Position numbers and translations under genes: made by a program. The notes under the pieces are model-generated. The model was given only the letters and a program-made list of their open reading frames with translations, was not told where the DNA came from and did no database searches. From the NCBI GenBank assembly GCA_903884535.1, contig CAISEZ010000018.1, positions 9,482 through 73,481 of the forward strand: 64,000 bases of DNA. Direction: 5' to 3'. The DNA comes from an uncultured Verrucomicrobia subdivision 3 bacterium (GTDB lineage Bacteria; Verrucomicrobiota; Verrucomicrobiia; Limisphaerales; UBA11358). This document shows, piece by piece, positions 32,883 through 43,321 of the stretch. Each line of letters starts with the position of its first letter. Position 1 is the stretch's first letter.

Positions 32883-35800
32883 TTAATTCGGCTTCGCGTC
32901 CAGACAGCGGCGGACGATCCGGGCAAGCGAGTCCGGCAGATACGGCTTCTGCAAATAATTCAGGTTGGCGTCGAGCTTGAAATTCTTGCCCAGCGCGTCC
33001 GCGCCGTAGCCGGTGGAAAAGATGACTTTCATCTTGGGATTTTCGTGCCAGATCTTTTCGGCCATTTCGCGGCCGTTCATGCCGCCCGGCATGATGACGT
33101 CGGTGAAGACGAGATCAATTTCGTTTTTGTAATCGGCCCAAGTTTGCAACGCGCTGTTGCCATCCACGGCTTGAAATACGCGGTAACCGTGGCGGATGAG
33201 CGTGCGGGTGATGATCTCGCGCATATCGCGTTCGTCCTCGACCACGAGGATGGTTTCGGTGCCGCCGCGCGAAACAAACTGGGTGTCGGGCGTTTCCTGG
33301 GCGGCGGGCGCGATGCCGATGGCGGGCAGATAAATGCTGAACGTGGTGCCTTTGCCGAGTTCGCTTTCCACTTCCACCCAGCCGTGATGCTGTTTGACAA
33401 TGCCATAAACGGTGGCCAGGCCCAGGCCGGTGCCTTTGCCGAGTTCCTTGGTCGTGAAGAACGGCTCGAAGATGCGCGCCAGATTTTCCGGCGGAATTCC
33501 CTCGCCGGTGTCGGTGTGGCTCAGGCAGACAAAACGGCCCGCCGCCGCCTCCGCCGATTTGCGCAGATGCGTGGTGTCCACCTCGCGCAAATGAATGCGG
33601 ATGGCCAGTTGTCCGCCCTTCGGCATGGCGTCGCGCGAATTGACGGCGAGGTTCAATAAAATTTGTTCCAACATGCTCGCGTCGGCTTCGATCACGGCGG
33701 GTTCGCTGCTCAAAGAGATTTGCAGCGCGATGTCCTCGCCCAGCAACCGCGCGAGCATTTCCGTCAGATTGCCGACCACCCGGTTGAGATCCACCGGGCG
33801 CGGACTGAAAATCTGTTTGCGCCCGAAGGCGAGCAATTGCCGGGTCAGGCCGGCGGCGCGTTCCGAAGCGAGCTTGATCTGCTTGGCGGAAAGCATCTGC
33901 TTGGCATCCAGCGACGTCATCGTCAGCAACGAGGCGTGGCCCAAAATGATCGTGAGAATATTATTAAAATCATGCGCAATGCCGCCGGCGAGCTGGCCGA
34001 TGGCTTCCATTTTTTGCGACTGGCGATATTGTTCCTCCAGTTGCTTGTGGCCGGTGACGTCGCGAAACAGACTCAACAGCAGGCGCGGCTTACCGCCAGA
34101 CTCGACGTAAGAATCGGCGATCTCGAAAACCACGCGGCGGTTGTCGTGCAAAACAAATTCGCGCTCGCGCTTGGCCTGCAAGGTGCCCGCGCGAAACAAT
34201 TCGCGATGGCGCCGCAAAAATTGTTCCCAGTCCGCGCGCTCGGAATAAACCACGGTGAACAGCTTGCCTTCCAATTGCGGCTGCGTCAGGCCGACCAGCC
34301 GGCAGAACGCTTCATTCACGGCCACCATGTTGCCGTTCTCATCGGTGAGTCGCATGCCGTCCACGGAATTTTCCCAGACGGAACGAAACAGCGTTTCCGA
34401 ACTGCGCAGCGCCGTCTCCGCCGCGCGCCGCTCGGTGACATCGCGGACATGAAACAATAACGCGGGTTTTCCGTCATATTCTACCCGGACCACCCGCAGT
34501 TCGACCGGCACGCTGCGACCGTCCGTGTGCAGGCTCTCGCCTTCGGCCCAAGAAATCTGGCCGGTTGCAAGCTTGTGAAAATCCGCGCGGGCGGCGGCGC
34601 GGGCGGCCGGCGGCACCAGTTCTTCAACGACGTTTTTGCCGATGAGTTCTTCCAGATTCAATCCGTGCAGCGCACACGCCGTGCGGTTGGCATCGAGCAC
34701 AGTGCCCGCCATATCCTCCACGAAAATGGCGTCCGGCGAATTGTCAAATAGTTCGCGGAACCGCCGTTGGCTGTGGCGCAAGGCTTCCTCGGTCTGCGCC
34801 CGCTGTAGCGCACCGCCGCATTGATCAGCCAAATTTTGCAGCGTCTCCAAATCGCGTTCCGAATAGCTGTGCGCCTGTTGGGCTTTGATGAACATCACTC
34901 CGATGACCCGCTCGCCTTTGCGGATGGGCGCAATCATCGTCGTGCCCGCCTGCCCGCCGGTTTCCCGTTGCGACACCAGTTCCGCCCCGCGCACGAGCAC
35001 GCGTTGCACCAGCGTGTTGGCGGTCTTGGGCTGCGGCGAGGCCGGAATCGGCACGCGCTTGCCGTCAATCGTGGCAATGGTCAGTAGCGAAACCACCTCA
35101 TCTTTTTCCGCCGAATACAAATCCAGCGCAAAATCGTCCCAGTGAAATAATTCATCCGCCGCCTCGCAGATGTAGCTCGCCGCCTCGGCCGCCGTGGTGA
35201 CCGCGCTCAAGTTGTGACTCAACCGGCGGAACAGCGCGTTGTGCTGCGCCGAACGCCGCCGGACGGTCACGTCCGTGGCCAGCGTCAGCGCCGCCAGCCG
35301 GCCTTGAAAGGCGAGCGGCGACCAGTTGATTTCCACATCCATGGTGGAGCCGTCTTTACGCCGGTGTTTCCAGACCAGACCGTTGCCGCCCGTTTCCCGG
35401 GCCGGCGGCCGGCTCAACGTTTCGCGATCTTGGTGGCGCAAATCTTCGATGGTCATCGCGAGAAATTCTTCCCGCGTGAAACCGTATTGCTGCACCGCCG
35501 CCTCGTTCACTTCGAGAATCGTCAAAGACTCCAAATCGAAAACCCACATCGGATTCGGATTGCCCTGAAATAATAGCCGGTATTGTTTTTCGCTGCGGCG
35601 TAATTCCTCCTCGGCATTGGCGCGCAAGGTTCGCTCGGCCGCCTCAGCCACGGCGCGGCGAATAGCCGTGGGCAATCGGTCGCGGTTTTGCTTGAGAATG
35701 TAATCCGTCACGCCCGCCTTGAGGCTTTCGATAGCCGCGAGTTCCCCGATGTCACCGGACATCAGGATAAACGGGAGGATGGCGTCTTTTTCGCGGACCA

Positions 35801-36011
35801 GTTTCAACGCATCCAAACCGGTGAAGTCGGGCAGCCGGTAATCGGCCAGCACCAAATCCCATTTTGTTTCAGCCAGCGCGCGGCTGAATTCCGCCCGGCG
35901 CATCACGGCGGTGATCTCCGCCGCCAGCCCGTCTTGGGCCAGTTGATCGCGCACCAGCACAACGTCGGCGGGATTATCCTCCAGATGCAGGATGCGGAGC
36001 GGCGGATTCAT
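32883..36011 (-). CDS. hybrid sensor histidine kinase (REC-PAS-GAF-PAS-PAS-HisKA-HATPase-REC)
   Basis: 1042 aa. It has an N-terminal receiver ([12 protein letters not shown]), the H-box GGIAHDFNN, the G-boxes GTGLGL, and a C-terminal receiver (ILVVEDE..D). Confidence 0.9.
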   Translation of the reverse strand: MNPPLRILHLEDNPADVVLVRDQLAQDGLAAEITAVMRRAEFSRALAETKWDLVLADYRLPDFTGLDALKLVREKDAILPFILMSGDIGELAAIESLKAGVTDYILKQNRDRLPTAIRRAVAEAAERTLRANAEEELRRSEKQYRLLFQGNPNPMWVFDLESLTILEVNEAAVQQYGFTREEFLAMTIEDLRHQDRETLSRPPARETGGNGLVWKHRRKDGSTMDVEINWSPLAFQGRLAALTLATDVTVRRRSAQHNALFRRLSHNLSAVTTAAEAASYICEAADELFHWDDFALDLYSAEKDEVVSLLTIATIDGKRVPIPASPQPKTANTLVQRVLVRGAELVSQRETGGQAGTTMIAPIRKGERVIGVMFIKAQQAHSYSERDLETLQNLADQCGGALQRAQTEEALRHSQRRFRELFDNSPDAIFVEDMAGTVLDANRTACALHGLNLEELIGKNVVEELVPPAARAAARADFHKLATGQISWAEGESLHTDGRSVPVELRVVRVEYDGKPALLFHVRDVTERRAAETALRSSETLFRSVWENSVDGMRLTDENGNMVAVNEAFCRLVGLTQPQLEGKLFTVVYSERADWEQFLRRHRELFRAGTLQAKREREFVLHDNRRVVFEIADSYVESGGKPRLLLSLFRDVTGHKQLEEQYRQSQKMEAIGQLAGGIAHDFNNILTIILGHASLLTMTSLDAKQMLSAKQIKLASERAAGLTRQLLAFGRKQIFSPRPVDLNRVVGNLTEMLARLLGEDIALQISLSSEPAVIEADASMLEQILLNLAVNSRDAMPKGGQLAIRIHLREVDTTHLRKSAEAAAGRFVCLSHTDTGEGIPPENLARIFEPFFTTKELGKGTGLGLATVYGIVKQHHGWVEVESELGKGTTFSIYLPAIGIAPAAQETPDTQFVSRGGTETILVVEDERDMREIITRTLIRHGYRVFQAVDGNSALQTWADYKNEIDLVFTDVIMPGGMNGREMAEKIWHENPKMKVIFSTGYGADALGKNFKLDANLNYLQKPYLPDSLARIVRRCLDAKPN

Positions 36012-36155
36012 GCGGGCGGCTTCATTGATCGTCAGTGCAATACAAGTATCCGCTTAAACAACCAGCCCGCCGCGCAAAAGTAAAGCCGGATGCGATTCGG
36101 TTTGCCGAAACATTGTAGGAAATGCCCAGGCGAAACCGGCCGCACGTTTTCCTCG

Positions 36156-36183
36156 TTGACATTTCCCGCTCATTCGCTAGATT
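36156..36183 (+). promoter_or_regulatory. sigma-70-type promoter candidate for rpsT
   Basis: TTGACA (36156..36161), a 16-nt spacer, then TAGATT (36178..36183), lying 34 nt upstream of the ATG. Confidence 0.5.
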
Positions 36184-36216
36184 TGCCGCCCTTTTACGCG
36201 AATCAAAATTTAATCT

Positions 36217-36471
36217 ATGCCGAATACGAAGTCAGCCGCCCGCCGGGTGCGCAACAGCGCCCGCAAAAACCTCCAGAACCGCAGTGTCAAATCCAAGCTG
36301 CGCCGCTTGGAAAAAGAATTCCGCGCCGCCGTCACCGCCGGTAAAAAAGACGAAGCCGCCAAGCTGCTGCCCGGCGTGCATTCCGCTTTCGACAAAGCTG
36401 TCAAGACCGGCGCTGTCCCCCGCCCCACCGCCAACCGCAAGAAATCGCGCCTGGCCGTCTCGCTCAAGTAA
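36217..36471 (+). CDS. rpsT: 30S ribosomal protein S20
   Basis: 84 aa beginning MPNTKSAARRVRNSARKNLQNRSVKS. Confidence 0.95.
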   Translation: MPNTKSAARRVRNSARKNLQNRSVKSKLRRLEKEFRAAVTAGKKDEAAKLLPGVHSAFDKAVKTGAVPRPTANRKKSRLAVSLK

Positions 36472-37210
36472 AAAAGATTTTCGGCTTGGCCAGACCCAGT
36501 TTGGCCAGGCGAAATTTCAGCCCGACGTTCAGGCAGCCGAAGCCATACTTCACGCTGCGTCGGAAATTGATGGACGACGCTTCCTTAAAGTATTTCGTCG
36601 GACAGCTCACCTCGCCAATCGTGAAGCCGTGCCAGAGAATCTGCGCGAGCATCTGGTTGTCGAACACAAAATCATCCGAATTGTTTTTCAGGTTGAGCGT
36701 CTGCAGCACTTCCTTTGAAAACGCGCGGTAGCCGGTGTGGTATTCGGATAGTTTTGCGCCGAGCAGAATATTTTCCGCCGCCGTCAGAAACCGGTTCGCC
36801 ACATATTTCCACGTCGGCATGCCGCCCTGCAGCGAATAGCCGCCCAGAATGCGGCTGGCCAGCACGCACGGATGCAGGTCGTTTGCGATCATCGAAGCCA
36901 GCGCCGGAATCAGCTTGGGCGTGTATTGATAATCCGGATGGACCATGATGACGATGTCCGCTCCCGCTTCGAGCGCGAGCCGATAGCACGTTTTCTGATT
37001 GCCCCCGTAGCCGGTGTTTTTCTCATGCGCATGGACCCGCACGCCGGGCAGCGCCGAGGCCACCGCCACCGTATTGTCGCGGCTGCGATCATCCACGATG
37101 ATGATTTCGTCCACGATGCCCTGCTGATGGACTTCCTCAACGGTTTTAGTGACGGTTTTGGCCGCGTTGTAAGCGGGCATGACGACGACGATTTTTTTTC
37201 CGAGATACAT
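36464..37210 (-). CDS. family 2 glycosyltransferase
   Basis: 248 aa. It has VVMPAYNAAKTV and IIVDDRSRD, plus a DxD-type region. Confidence 0.85.
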   Translation of the reverse strand: MYLGKKIVVVMPAYNAAKTVTKTVEEVHQQGIVDEIIIVDDRSRDNTVAVASALPGVRVHAHEKNTGYGGNQKTCYRLALEAGADIVIMVHPDYQYTPKLIPALASMIANDLHPCVLASRILGGYSLQGGMPTWKYVANRFLTAAENILLGAKLSEYHTGYRAFSKEVLQTLNLKNNSDDFVFDNQMLAQILWHGFTIGEVSCPTKYFKEASSINFRRSVKYGFGCLNVGLKFRLAKLGLAKPKIFFT

Positions 37211-37308
37211 TTGGCTTCTGAATTTTCCACATCCTGCCGGAATGCCGCGAAGTCAGAAAGCGAAAAAACTCTTTCCCCATTGCGATCATAACCGGAGCAA
37301 ACAGGCAG

Positions 37309-38052
37309 TTACTTGCGGAATGGTTTGACTTTGATTTTATAAGGACGGCCAGGGATGTAGTAGTTGAACGTGGGTCGGCCGGTCACATTCAGCGGTTTCC
37401 GGGCGATGAGATAGCTCGCCCAACCCACAGTTTGCCACACACAGGCTTCCAGCATCTTGTGGCCAGTAAGCCAGCAGAATGGAATAGACAATGGTGCAAG
37501 TATCCGGTGAATCCATGAATAAAGCCGGCCGACATGCAACGGTTCGCAACCGTTCAGCCGGGTCAGCCGATAGAAAGCTTGTGGCGGCCACGGCCGCTTA
37601 TGCGTCGGGTCATCGTAGAGCGACAGGCTGTAAAAAAATTCCGGATTGGAAAGATTCGAGGGCATCCATACCGACCGTTCAGAAGGCGCTTCAAAATATA
37701 AAATTCCGCCCGGCTTGCATACCCGCACACATTCGGAAAAGAATTCTACGGCATTTTCCAAATGCTCAATGGTGTGACTGACTACCACAAAGTCAAACTG
37801 GTCATCTTCAAACGGAATGCCGCCCTTGTTGAGATCGGCCTTGCGATAGGTAAATCCGGCGGGAAGCTGGTCGGCATCACCCCAGTCCACACCGTAATGC
37901 TGGGTGCCGGTCAGTCCGAGATGGTTGGCGATGTGATACTGATGATAGCCGATGCAGCCGATGTCGAGAATCTTCGCCGTTGGCGGAATCAAGCGGTAGG
38001 CTTCAATGAGCGCAGGAGACGGCCAACTGCGCAAACGCCAATGGATATTCAT
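37309..38052 (-). CDS. class I SAM-dependent methyltransferase
   Basis: Motifs are ILDIGCIG and FDFVVVSHTIEHL. The ATG at 38052 is preferred over the TTG at 38085. Confidence 0.7.
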   Translation of the reverse strand: MNIHWRLRSWPSPALIEAYRLIPPTAKILDIGCIGYHQYHIANHLGLTGTQHYGVDWGDADQLPAGFTYRKADLNKGGIPFEDDQFDFVVVSHTIEHLENAVEFFSECVRVCKPGGILYFEAPSERSVWMPSNLSNPEFFYSLSLYDDPTHKRPWPPQAFYRLTRLNGCEPLHVGRLYSWIHRILAPLSIPFCWLTGHKMLEACVWQTVGWASYLIARKPLNVTGRPTFNYYIPGRPYKIKVKPFRK

Positions 38053-38150
38053 ATTCCGCTCATTTTCGGCAATCCGTCCAGCCAATGCAATTATTTTGCC
38101 AAAAGTTTTTTATACAAATCCGGCGGGCGTGGTGTCTATGAGTTGAAATC

Positions 38151-38702
38151 GTGAGTCACAATCCGTCACAACTTTGGTGCGAAACACTCTACGCCGCGAA
38201 GGCGGCGGAATTGATTTTGTATGGCCGCGCGCTCGGCCTCGGTCACGGCGAGGCGGAAGATGTGTTGCAGGAAACCTTCGTGGCCCTGACGCAAATGGAC
38301 TGCGCGCCGGCCAAACCGGAGCATTATTGCGTGCGGAGTTATCGGAATCGCGCGCTGAATTACCGGCGCACGCTCTGGCGGCGACTGACCCGCGAATGGG
38401 AATCGTTGCGCTGGTTTGAAAAAACGGCGGACGAAACGCCGGCGGAACGCGCGGCGATGCGTTGTCTCGCGGAACTGCCGGTGGAGCAGCGCGAGGTCAT
38501 CGTCCTGAAAATCTGGCACGGCTGCACGTTCGAGGAAATCGGCGGGCTGCTGGAACTGTCGCCAAACACGGCGGCGGGCCGCTACCGCTACGGATTGCAA
38601 AAAATCAAAACCAAACTGGAAGGAGTCGTTTATGAAAGAATTGAAGATGACGGAAGCGCAATTGCGTTCCTGGCGGCCGCGCCCGCCGACGGCGGGGCTT
38701 AA
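38151..38702 (+). CDS. ECF-type RNA polymerase sigma factor
   Basis: 183 aa with a GTG start. Region 2 reads DVLQETFVAL and region 4 reads REVIVLKIWHGCTFEEIGGLLELSPNTAAGRYRYGL. Confidence 0.85.
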   Translation: MSHNPSQLWCETLYAAKAAELILYGRALGLGHGEAEDVLQETFVALTQMDCAPAKPEHYCVRSYRNRALNYRRTLWRRLTREWESLRWFEKTADETPAERAAMRCLAELPVEQREVIVLKIWHGCTFEEIGGLLELSPNTAAGRYRYGLQKIKTKLEGVVYERIEDDGSAIAFLAAAPADGGA

Positions 38703-38994
38703 GATTTTTTCCGCCGCCGGTGTGACGCCAGCCGCGACCTGGCTTTGGCGCGGGCTGGCGCCGACGATGGCGTGCCTGTTGTTGACCTTGATGGCGTTCA
38801 ACCGCGGCGGCGACGGCCTCGGCCCCAGGCCCATGATGGCAATGGTTTTGAGCAATCAAAGTGATGCCGCGTATGCCTTGGGCGGGGCGCAGACGACGCA
38901 AAACCATCTGGCCGCCGTCACTTTTGATTCGACAAACCGTAGCAGTTTCGGGTCTATTATGGGTTTTACGCCGACAACCAATTTCAGCAACTAA
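38632..38994 (+). CDS. putative anti-sigma factor (single-pass membrane protein)
   Basis: 120 aa. It overlaps the sigma gene 3' end by about 70 nt in another frame, has one hydrophobic segment (LAPTMACLLLTLMAF), and is placed only by position. Confidence 0.4.
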   Translation: MKELKMTEAQLRSWRPRPPTAGLKIFSAAGVTPAATWLWRGLAPTMACLLLTLMAFNRGGDGLGPRPMMAMVLSNQSDAAYALGGAQTTQNHLAAVTFDSTNRSSFGSIMGFTPTTNFSN

Positions 38995-39002
38995 CGCAGA
39001 CA

Positions 39003-42000
39003 ATGGAAAAATCTAAAGCAACCAACGGCAAAGCGCCGGTAACGAAACCGAAGGACAACAAGCCCGCCGATTCCGCCGCGCCCGGACCCGTGCCGCCGAT
39101 GTTCCGGATCATTGACTGGTTCGCGCTGGCCGTCACGTTCGGCGTGGTCTGGGCCGTTTATCTGTGGACGCTCGCGCCGGAACAAACGCTGGAAGATTCC
39201 GGGGAACTTTGCACGGCGTCCTTTTATGCCGGCATCCCGCATCCGCCCGGCTATCCCTTCTGGTCGGTTTATTCGTGGTTTTGGACCGTGATCGTGCCCT
39301 TCGGCAATGTGGCGTGGCGCGTGGAAGTCGGCCAGTCTTTTGCGGCGGCGATGGGTTGCGGCCTGTTGGCGATGATGGTTTCGCGCGGCAGCAGCATGTT
39401 GATTGAAGGACTCGAGGAGATCAAAGACATTCCCAAGCAATGGGAAAATTCCATCTGCCTGGTGTCCGGCTTGGTGGCGGGCACGATGCTCGGCTTTGAT
39501 GTTTATATGTGGAGCGAATCGGTGGTGATCAACCGCATTTCCGTTTTCGGCGTGCCGTGGCTGATCGCGGTGATGGCATGCCTGATGCGCTGGATTTATG
39601 CGCCGCATCAGCGCCGGTATCTTTATCTGGCGATGTTTCTTTACGGATTGTGCGCCACGATTCACCAGACCTTGTTGTTGAGTGCGATGGGCGTGGAAAT
39701 CGCCGTGGCGCTGGCCCTGCCGCGTCTAGGGCGGGATTTGTTGCTCACCAACAGCATCCTTTATGTTCTTGGTCTTTTGGCGGTGAGTTCAGGCAAGGTG
39801 CCGGCGTTGAACAACATGACCTCGATTGAATTCTTCCTGTTCCATGTAGTCGGGATTGGCTCCATCATCACAGGCGGCTGGCTGGCCAATAAAACCAAGC
39901 AGATTTATACCGAATGGAAATCGGTCATTTGGATGGGCATAATGTGGGCGCTGGGCGTGTCGGTGTATTTTTACGAGCCACTCTCCGGCATGACCGACCC
40001 GCCAATGCAATGGGGTTACCCGCGCACCGTCGAGGGATTTTTCCACGCGTTGAGCCGTGGCCAATACGAGAGCGTAACCGGCATTAACATCTTTCAGAAT
40101 TCCTCGCGCTTCGTCTTCCAGCTCGGGTATCTGGCCCAGGGGCTGGCTGACTCCTTCAGTTGGGTTTACGTGTTCGTTGGCCTGACGCCGTTTTTTTTCC
40201 TGCTGAAAATGCAGCGGCGGGAACGTTGCTGGATCATCGGATTGTCCTCCATTTATTTTTGCGTGGCCGTGCTGCTAGTGGTGCTGCTCGCCGTGTCGCC
40301 GGACCGCTCCTCGTCCGATCTGAACAAGGTGTTCTTCACCGCCTCGCACGCGCTGTTCGCGCTGATGATCGGCTATGGCCTGACGCTGCTGGCCGCGTAT
40401 GTGGCGACGCATTACCAAAAATTCCGCCGCTGGGGTCTGGTGGGCGGCGTGGTGGCGCTGTTGCTGTCGCTGTATTGCCTGCTGGATGCCACGGGCAAAC
40501 TTTACTTCGGTCCGGCTGGCAAAATTAGCCTGTCGCAATTGCCGCATTACGTCACGCTGGCGTTTGACAAGGATCAATATGGCGTGCCGGTGTTTGCCAA
40601 TTTGATTCTGGTCGCCATCCCGCTGATTTTCATCGCCACGTTGCTGGCTTATCGCAAACGCGGGCCGGTGCTGATCCTGCTCGTGTTGTTCGCCATCATG
40701 CCGGTTTATTCGGGCATGTCGCACTGGTATAAGAGCGAGCAGCGCAACCACTGGTTTGGTTACTGGTTCGGGCACGACATGTTCACGCCGCCGTTCACCG
40801 ACCCGAAGACCGGCAAGCTGACCTACGACAACGTGCTCCGCGCCGAGTTGCTGAAGACGCCGGCCAACGCAAAAATTGTTTATCCTGAAATGGCGCGGAA
40901 CACGATTCTTTTCGGCGGCACCGATCCGGGCCGCTTCTGCCCGACCTACGCGATTTTCTGCGACAGTTTTATTCCGCACAATTGCCAGCCGGAGCAGGAT
41001 CAGAAATTCGACCGCCGCGACTGTTACCTGATCACGCAGAACGCGCTCGCCGACGGCACTTATCTGGATTATCTCCGCGCACAATACAACCGCTCCAAGC
41101 AGATTGACCCGCCGTTCTTCCGCGAGTTCATCCGCTACGTCCTGGGCATTCCGCTTGGCCCCGACAACGGCCTCGTCAACGGCCTGGCCGATCTGGCGTT
41201 CAATGTGCTGGACCGCCCGTTCACCGCGTGGGGTCTGCATGTCGAAACAAAACGCCGCGCCGAAGGCGTTTATCCGCCGAGCGAAATTTATATTCCGTCG
41301 CCGGAAGATTCGCAAAAATCGTTTGAGGACTACACGCAGGACGTGGCCCGCCGTCAGCAGCTCGGCCAGCTCAAGCCCGGCGAGGACGTGCACGTGGACA
41401 ACGGCCGCGTTCAAGTCTCCGGCCAGGTCGCCGTCATGATGATCAACGGCCTGCTCTGCAAAGTTATTTTCGACAACAACCCGACGAACGAATTTTATGT
41501 CGAGGAAAGTTTCCCGCTCGACTGGATGTATCCCTACGAAACGCCGTTCGGCATCATCATGCACATCAACCGGCAGCCGCAGCCGGAATTGTCTGACGAC
41601 ATGTTCAAGCTGGACCATGAATTCTGGAGCAAATTTTCCACGCGCCTCTGCGGCAACTGGATCACTTACGACACGAAGGTGCAGGAGATCGCCGATTTCG
41701 CCGAACGCACCTACATCGGCAACAATTACAAAGGCTTCACCGGCGACCGCCGCTTCATCCGCGATGACGACGCGCAAAAAGCCTTTTCCAAGCTGCGCAG
41801 TTCGCAGGCGGGAATGTATTACTGGCGCCTCGGCCAGCAGTGCCCGCCCGAATACCGCCAGAAAACCGCCGCCGCCCAGGCCGCGCTCGTCCGCGAAACG
41901 GATTTTGCGTTCAAGCAATCCTTCGCCTTCTGTCCTTACAGCCCGGAAGCGGTGTTCCGTTATGTGAATTTCCTGCTGCAATTCGGCCGGTTCGATGACG

Positions 42001-42581
42001 CCATCATCGTCGCCGAAACCTGCAAGAAACTGGATCCTTACAACGATCAGGTCTCGAACTTGATTGACCAGCTCAAGGAATTCAAAAAACAAAACGCCGG
42101 CCGCACGCAAGCCATCAACCAGATTGACTCGATGGAAAACATGGCGCACACGAACCCGGCCAATGTGCAAAACCTCATCACGCTCGGCGGCACCTACCTG
42201 CAGCTCCAGCAGACCAACCGCGCGTTGGAATTGCTGGACCAGGCCATCGCCAGCCCCAACATTAAATTCCCGGATGCCGCCGCCGTGGCCCAATATTTTG
42301 CGCAGCTCGGCAACATGGCCAAATTGGAATCCGCGCTCAAAAAACTGGTCAGCCTCGCGCCGGACCAGCCCGAACCGATTTATGACCTGTCCGCCTTTGA
42401 AGCCATCACCGGCCAGACGCCGTTGGCGCTGCAAAATCTGAAGACCGCGCTGGATTTGAGCGCGAAACGCCTGGCCACCAATGCCAGCGCCCGCAATCTG
42501 CTCGACGCGGCGCGCACCGATCCGCGTTTTGCGGCGCTCCACGCGCTGCCGGAATATCAAAAACTCGTCCCCGCCAACTGA
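39003..42581 (+). CDS. DUF2723-type (GT-C-like) polytopic membrane protein with C-terminal TPR repeats
   Basis: 1192 aa. The N-terminal LEDSGELCTASFYAGIPHPPGYPFW matches the DUF2723 signature as remembered. It has more than 10 TM helices and a TPR-like C-terminus. Confidence 0.75.
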   Translation: MEKSKATNGKAPVTKPKDNKPADSAAPGPVPPMFRIIDWFALAVTFGVVWAVYLWTLAPEQTLEDSGELCTASFYAGIPHPPGYPFWSVYSWFWTVIVPFGNVAWRVEVGQSFAAAMGCGLLAMMVSRGSSMLIEGLEEIKDIPKQWENSICLVSGLVAGTMLGFDVYMWSESVVINRISVFGVPWLIAVMACLMRWIYAPHQRRYLYLAMFLYGLCATIHQTLLLSAMGVEIAVALALPRLGRDLLLTNSILYVLGLLAVSSGKVPALNNMTSIEFFLFHVVGIGSIITGGWLANKTKQIYTEWKSVIWMGIMWALGVSVYFYEPLSGMTDPPMQWGYPRTVEGFFHALSRGQYESVTGINIFQNSSRFVFQLGYLAQGLADSFSWVYVFVGLTPFFFLLKMQRRERCWIIGLSSIYFCVAVLLVVLLAVSPDRSSSDLNKVFFTASHALFALMIGYGLTLLAAYVATHYQKFRRWGLVGGVVALLLSLYCLLDATGKLYFGPAGKISLSQLPHYVTLAFDKDQYGVPVFANLILVAIPLIFIATLLAYRKRGPVLILLVLFAIMPVYSGMSHWYKSEQRNHWFGYWFGHDMFTPPFTDPKTGKLTYDNVLRAELLKTPANAKIVYPEMARNTILFGGTDPGRFCPTYAIFCDSFIPHNCQPEQDQKFDRRDCYLITQNALADGTYLDYLRAQYNRSKQIDPPFFREFIRYVLGIPLGPDNGLVNGLADLAFNVLDRPFTAWGLHVETKRRAEGVYPPSEIYIPSPEDSQKSFEDYTQDVARRQQLGQLKPGEDVHVDNGRVQVSGQVAVMMINGLLCKVIFDNNPTNEFYVEESFPLDWMYPYETPFGIIMHINRQPQPELSDDMFKLDHEFWSKFSTRLCGNWITYDTKVQEIADFAERTYIGNNYKGFTGDRRFIRDDDAQKAFSKLRSSQAGMYYWRLGQQCPPEYRQKTAAAQAALVRETDFAFKQSFAFCPYSPEAVFRYVNFLLQFGRFDDAIIVAETCKKLDPYNDQVSNLIDQLKEFKKQNAGRTQAINQIDSMENMAHTNPANVQNLITLGGTYLQLQQTNRALELLDQAIASPNIKFPDAAAVAQYFAQLGNMAKLESALKKLVSLAPDQPEPIYDLSAFEAITGQTPLALQNLKTALDLSAKRLATNASARNLLDAARTDPRFAALHALPEYQKLVPAN

Positions 42582-42618
42582 CCCGCGTCCTCTCAAGTTT
42601 TCACTTTCATTCTGAAAG

Positions 42619-42647
42619 CTTAAAGCTGAGATTCATTTGCCCCACTC
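42619..42647 (+). promoter_or_regulatory. sigma-32-like promoter candidate for grpE-dnaJ
   Basis: CTTAAA, a 15-nt spacer, then CCCCACTC, compared with the E. coli RpoH consensus CTTGAAA-N13-15-CCCCATNT. Confidence 0.3.
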
Positions 42648-42713
42648 TCGCCCGTTGCCGAGCGCACGGGCATCTGTTATTTTCCCCGTCTGAATTTTTT
42701 TGGTAAAAAGACT

Positions 42714-43253
42714 ATGAGCAAACCCGAAGCTGAAACGCCCCAGCCTGAAGCCGCCGCCGCGCCCACGCCCGAGCAGATCGCGGAATTGCAGGCGCGCGCC
42801 GCCAAGGCCGATGAAAACTGGGAGCGCCTGCTCCGCACCACCGCGGACTTCGACAATTTCAAGAAGCGCGCCGCACGGGAAAAAATTGAGGCCGGCCATT
42901 ACGCCAGCGCCTCCCTGCTCCAGAAATTGCTGCCCATCCTGGACAATTTTGAGATGGCGCTCGCCGCCGCGCAGAGCGCCAAAGGCGACAAGCTCGCGTC
43001 ACTCTCGACCGGCGTGACGATGATCCAGCAGCAGTTGAAAAACGCGCTTGCCGAAACCGGTCTCGAAGAAATTGAAACCGCCGGCCAACTGTTTGATCCC
43101 CACCTGCACGAGGCCGTTTCTCAGATGGAAACCAAGGAAGTTCCCGAAGGCCACGTCGCCCAGCAGCTCCGCAAAGGTTACAAGCTCAAAGAGCGTTTGC
43201 TCCGGCCCGCCACGGTCGTCGTCGCCAAACTGCCGGCGGAGAATTCAAAATGA
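42714..43253 (+). CDS. grpE: nucleotide exchange factor GrpE
   Basis: 179 aa. It has DNFKKRAAREK and a C-terminal ..GYKLKERLLRPATVVV. Confidence 0.95.
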   Translation: MSKPEAETPQPEAAAAPTPEQIAELQARAAKADENWERLLRTTADFDNFKKRAAREKIEAGHYASASLLQKLLPILDNFEMALAAAQSAKGDKLASLSTGVTMIQQQLKNALAETGLEEIETAGQLFDPHLHEAVSQMETKEVPEGHVAQQLRKGYKLKERLLRPATVVVAKLPAENSK

Positions 43254-43305
43254 AAAATGCAAAATTAAAAACCGGCGGCGGCGCTTTCCGCGATTTTGCA
43301 TTTTT
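43253..43305. promoter_or_regulatory. 13-bp perfect inverted repeat between grpE and dnaJ
   Basis: AAAAATGCAAAAT (43253..43265) and ATTTTGCATTTTT (43293..43305) are separated by a 27-nt GC-rich spacer. Confidence 0.55.
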
Positions 43306-43321
43306 AATTTTTAATTTTTAA
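43301..43321 (+). repeat. (TTTTTAA)x3 heptamer repeat immediately upstream of dnaJ
   Basis: Read directly. It ends 6 nt before ATG 43328. Confidence 0.85.

Noticed and set aside
40275-42596. Very long antisense ORFs. Examples are 40275..42596 (773 aa), 47451..48686, 27576..28736, 53446..54525, 2705..3787, 3971..4903, 13263..14177, 21728..22846 and 32841..33659.
   Set aside because: They lie opposite genes with clear family motifs (DUF2723, ClpB, isomerase, AKR and others). They are Arg/Ala/Gly-rich with no recognisable motifs. Long stop-free antisense frames are expected in high-GC DNA.
42582-42713. A CIRCE (HrcA) operator upstream of grpE.
   Set aside because: No TTAGCACTC-N9-GAGTGCTAA-like inverted repeat is present. 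Only a weak GCCCGT/ACGGGC hairpin and the sigma-32-like boxes were seen.
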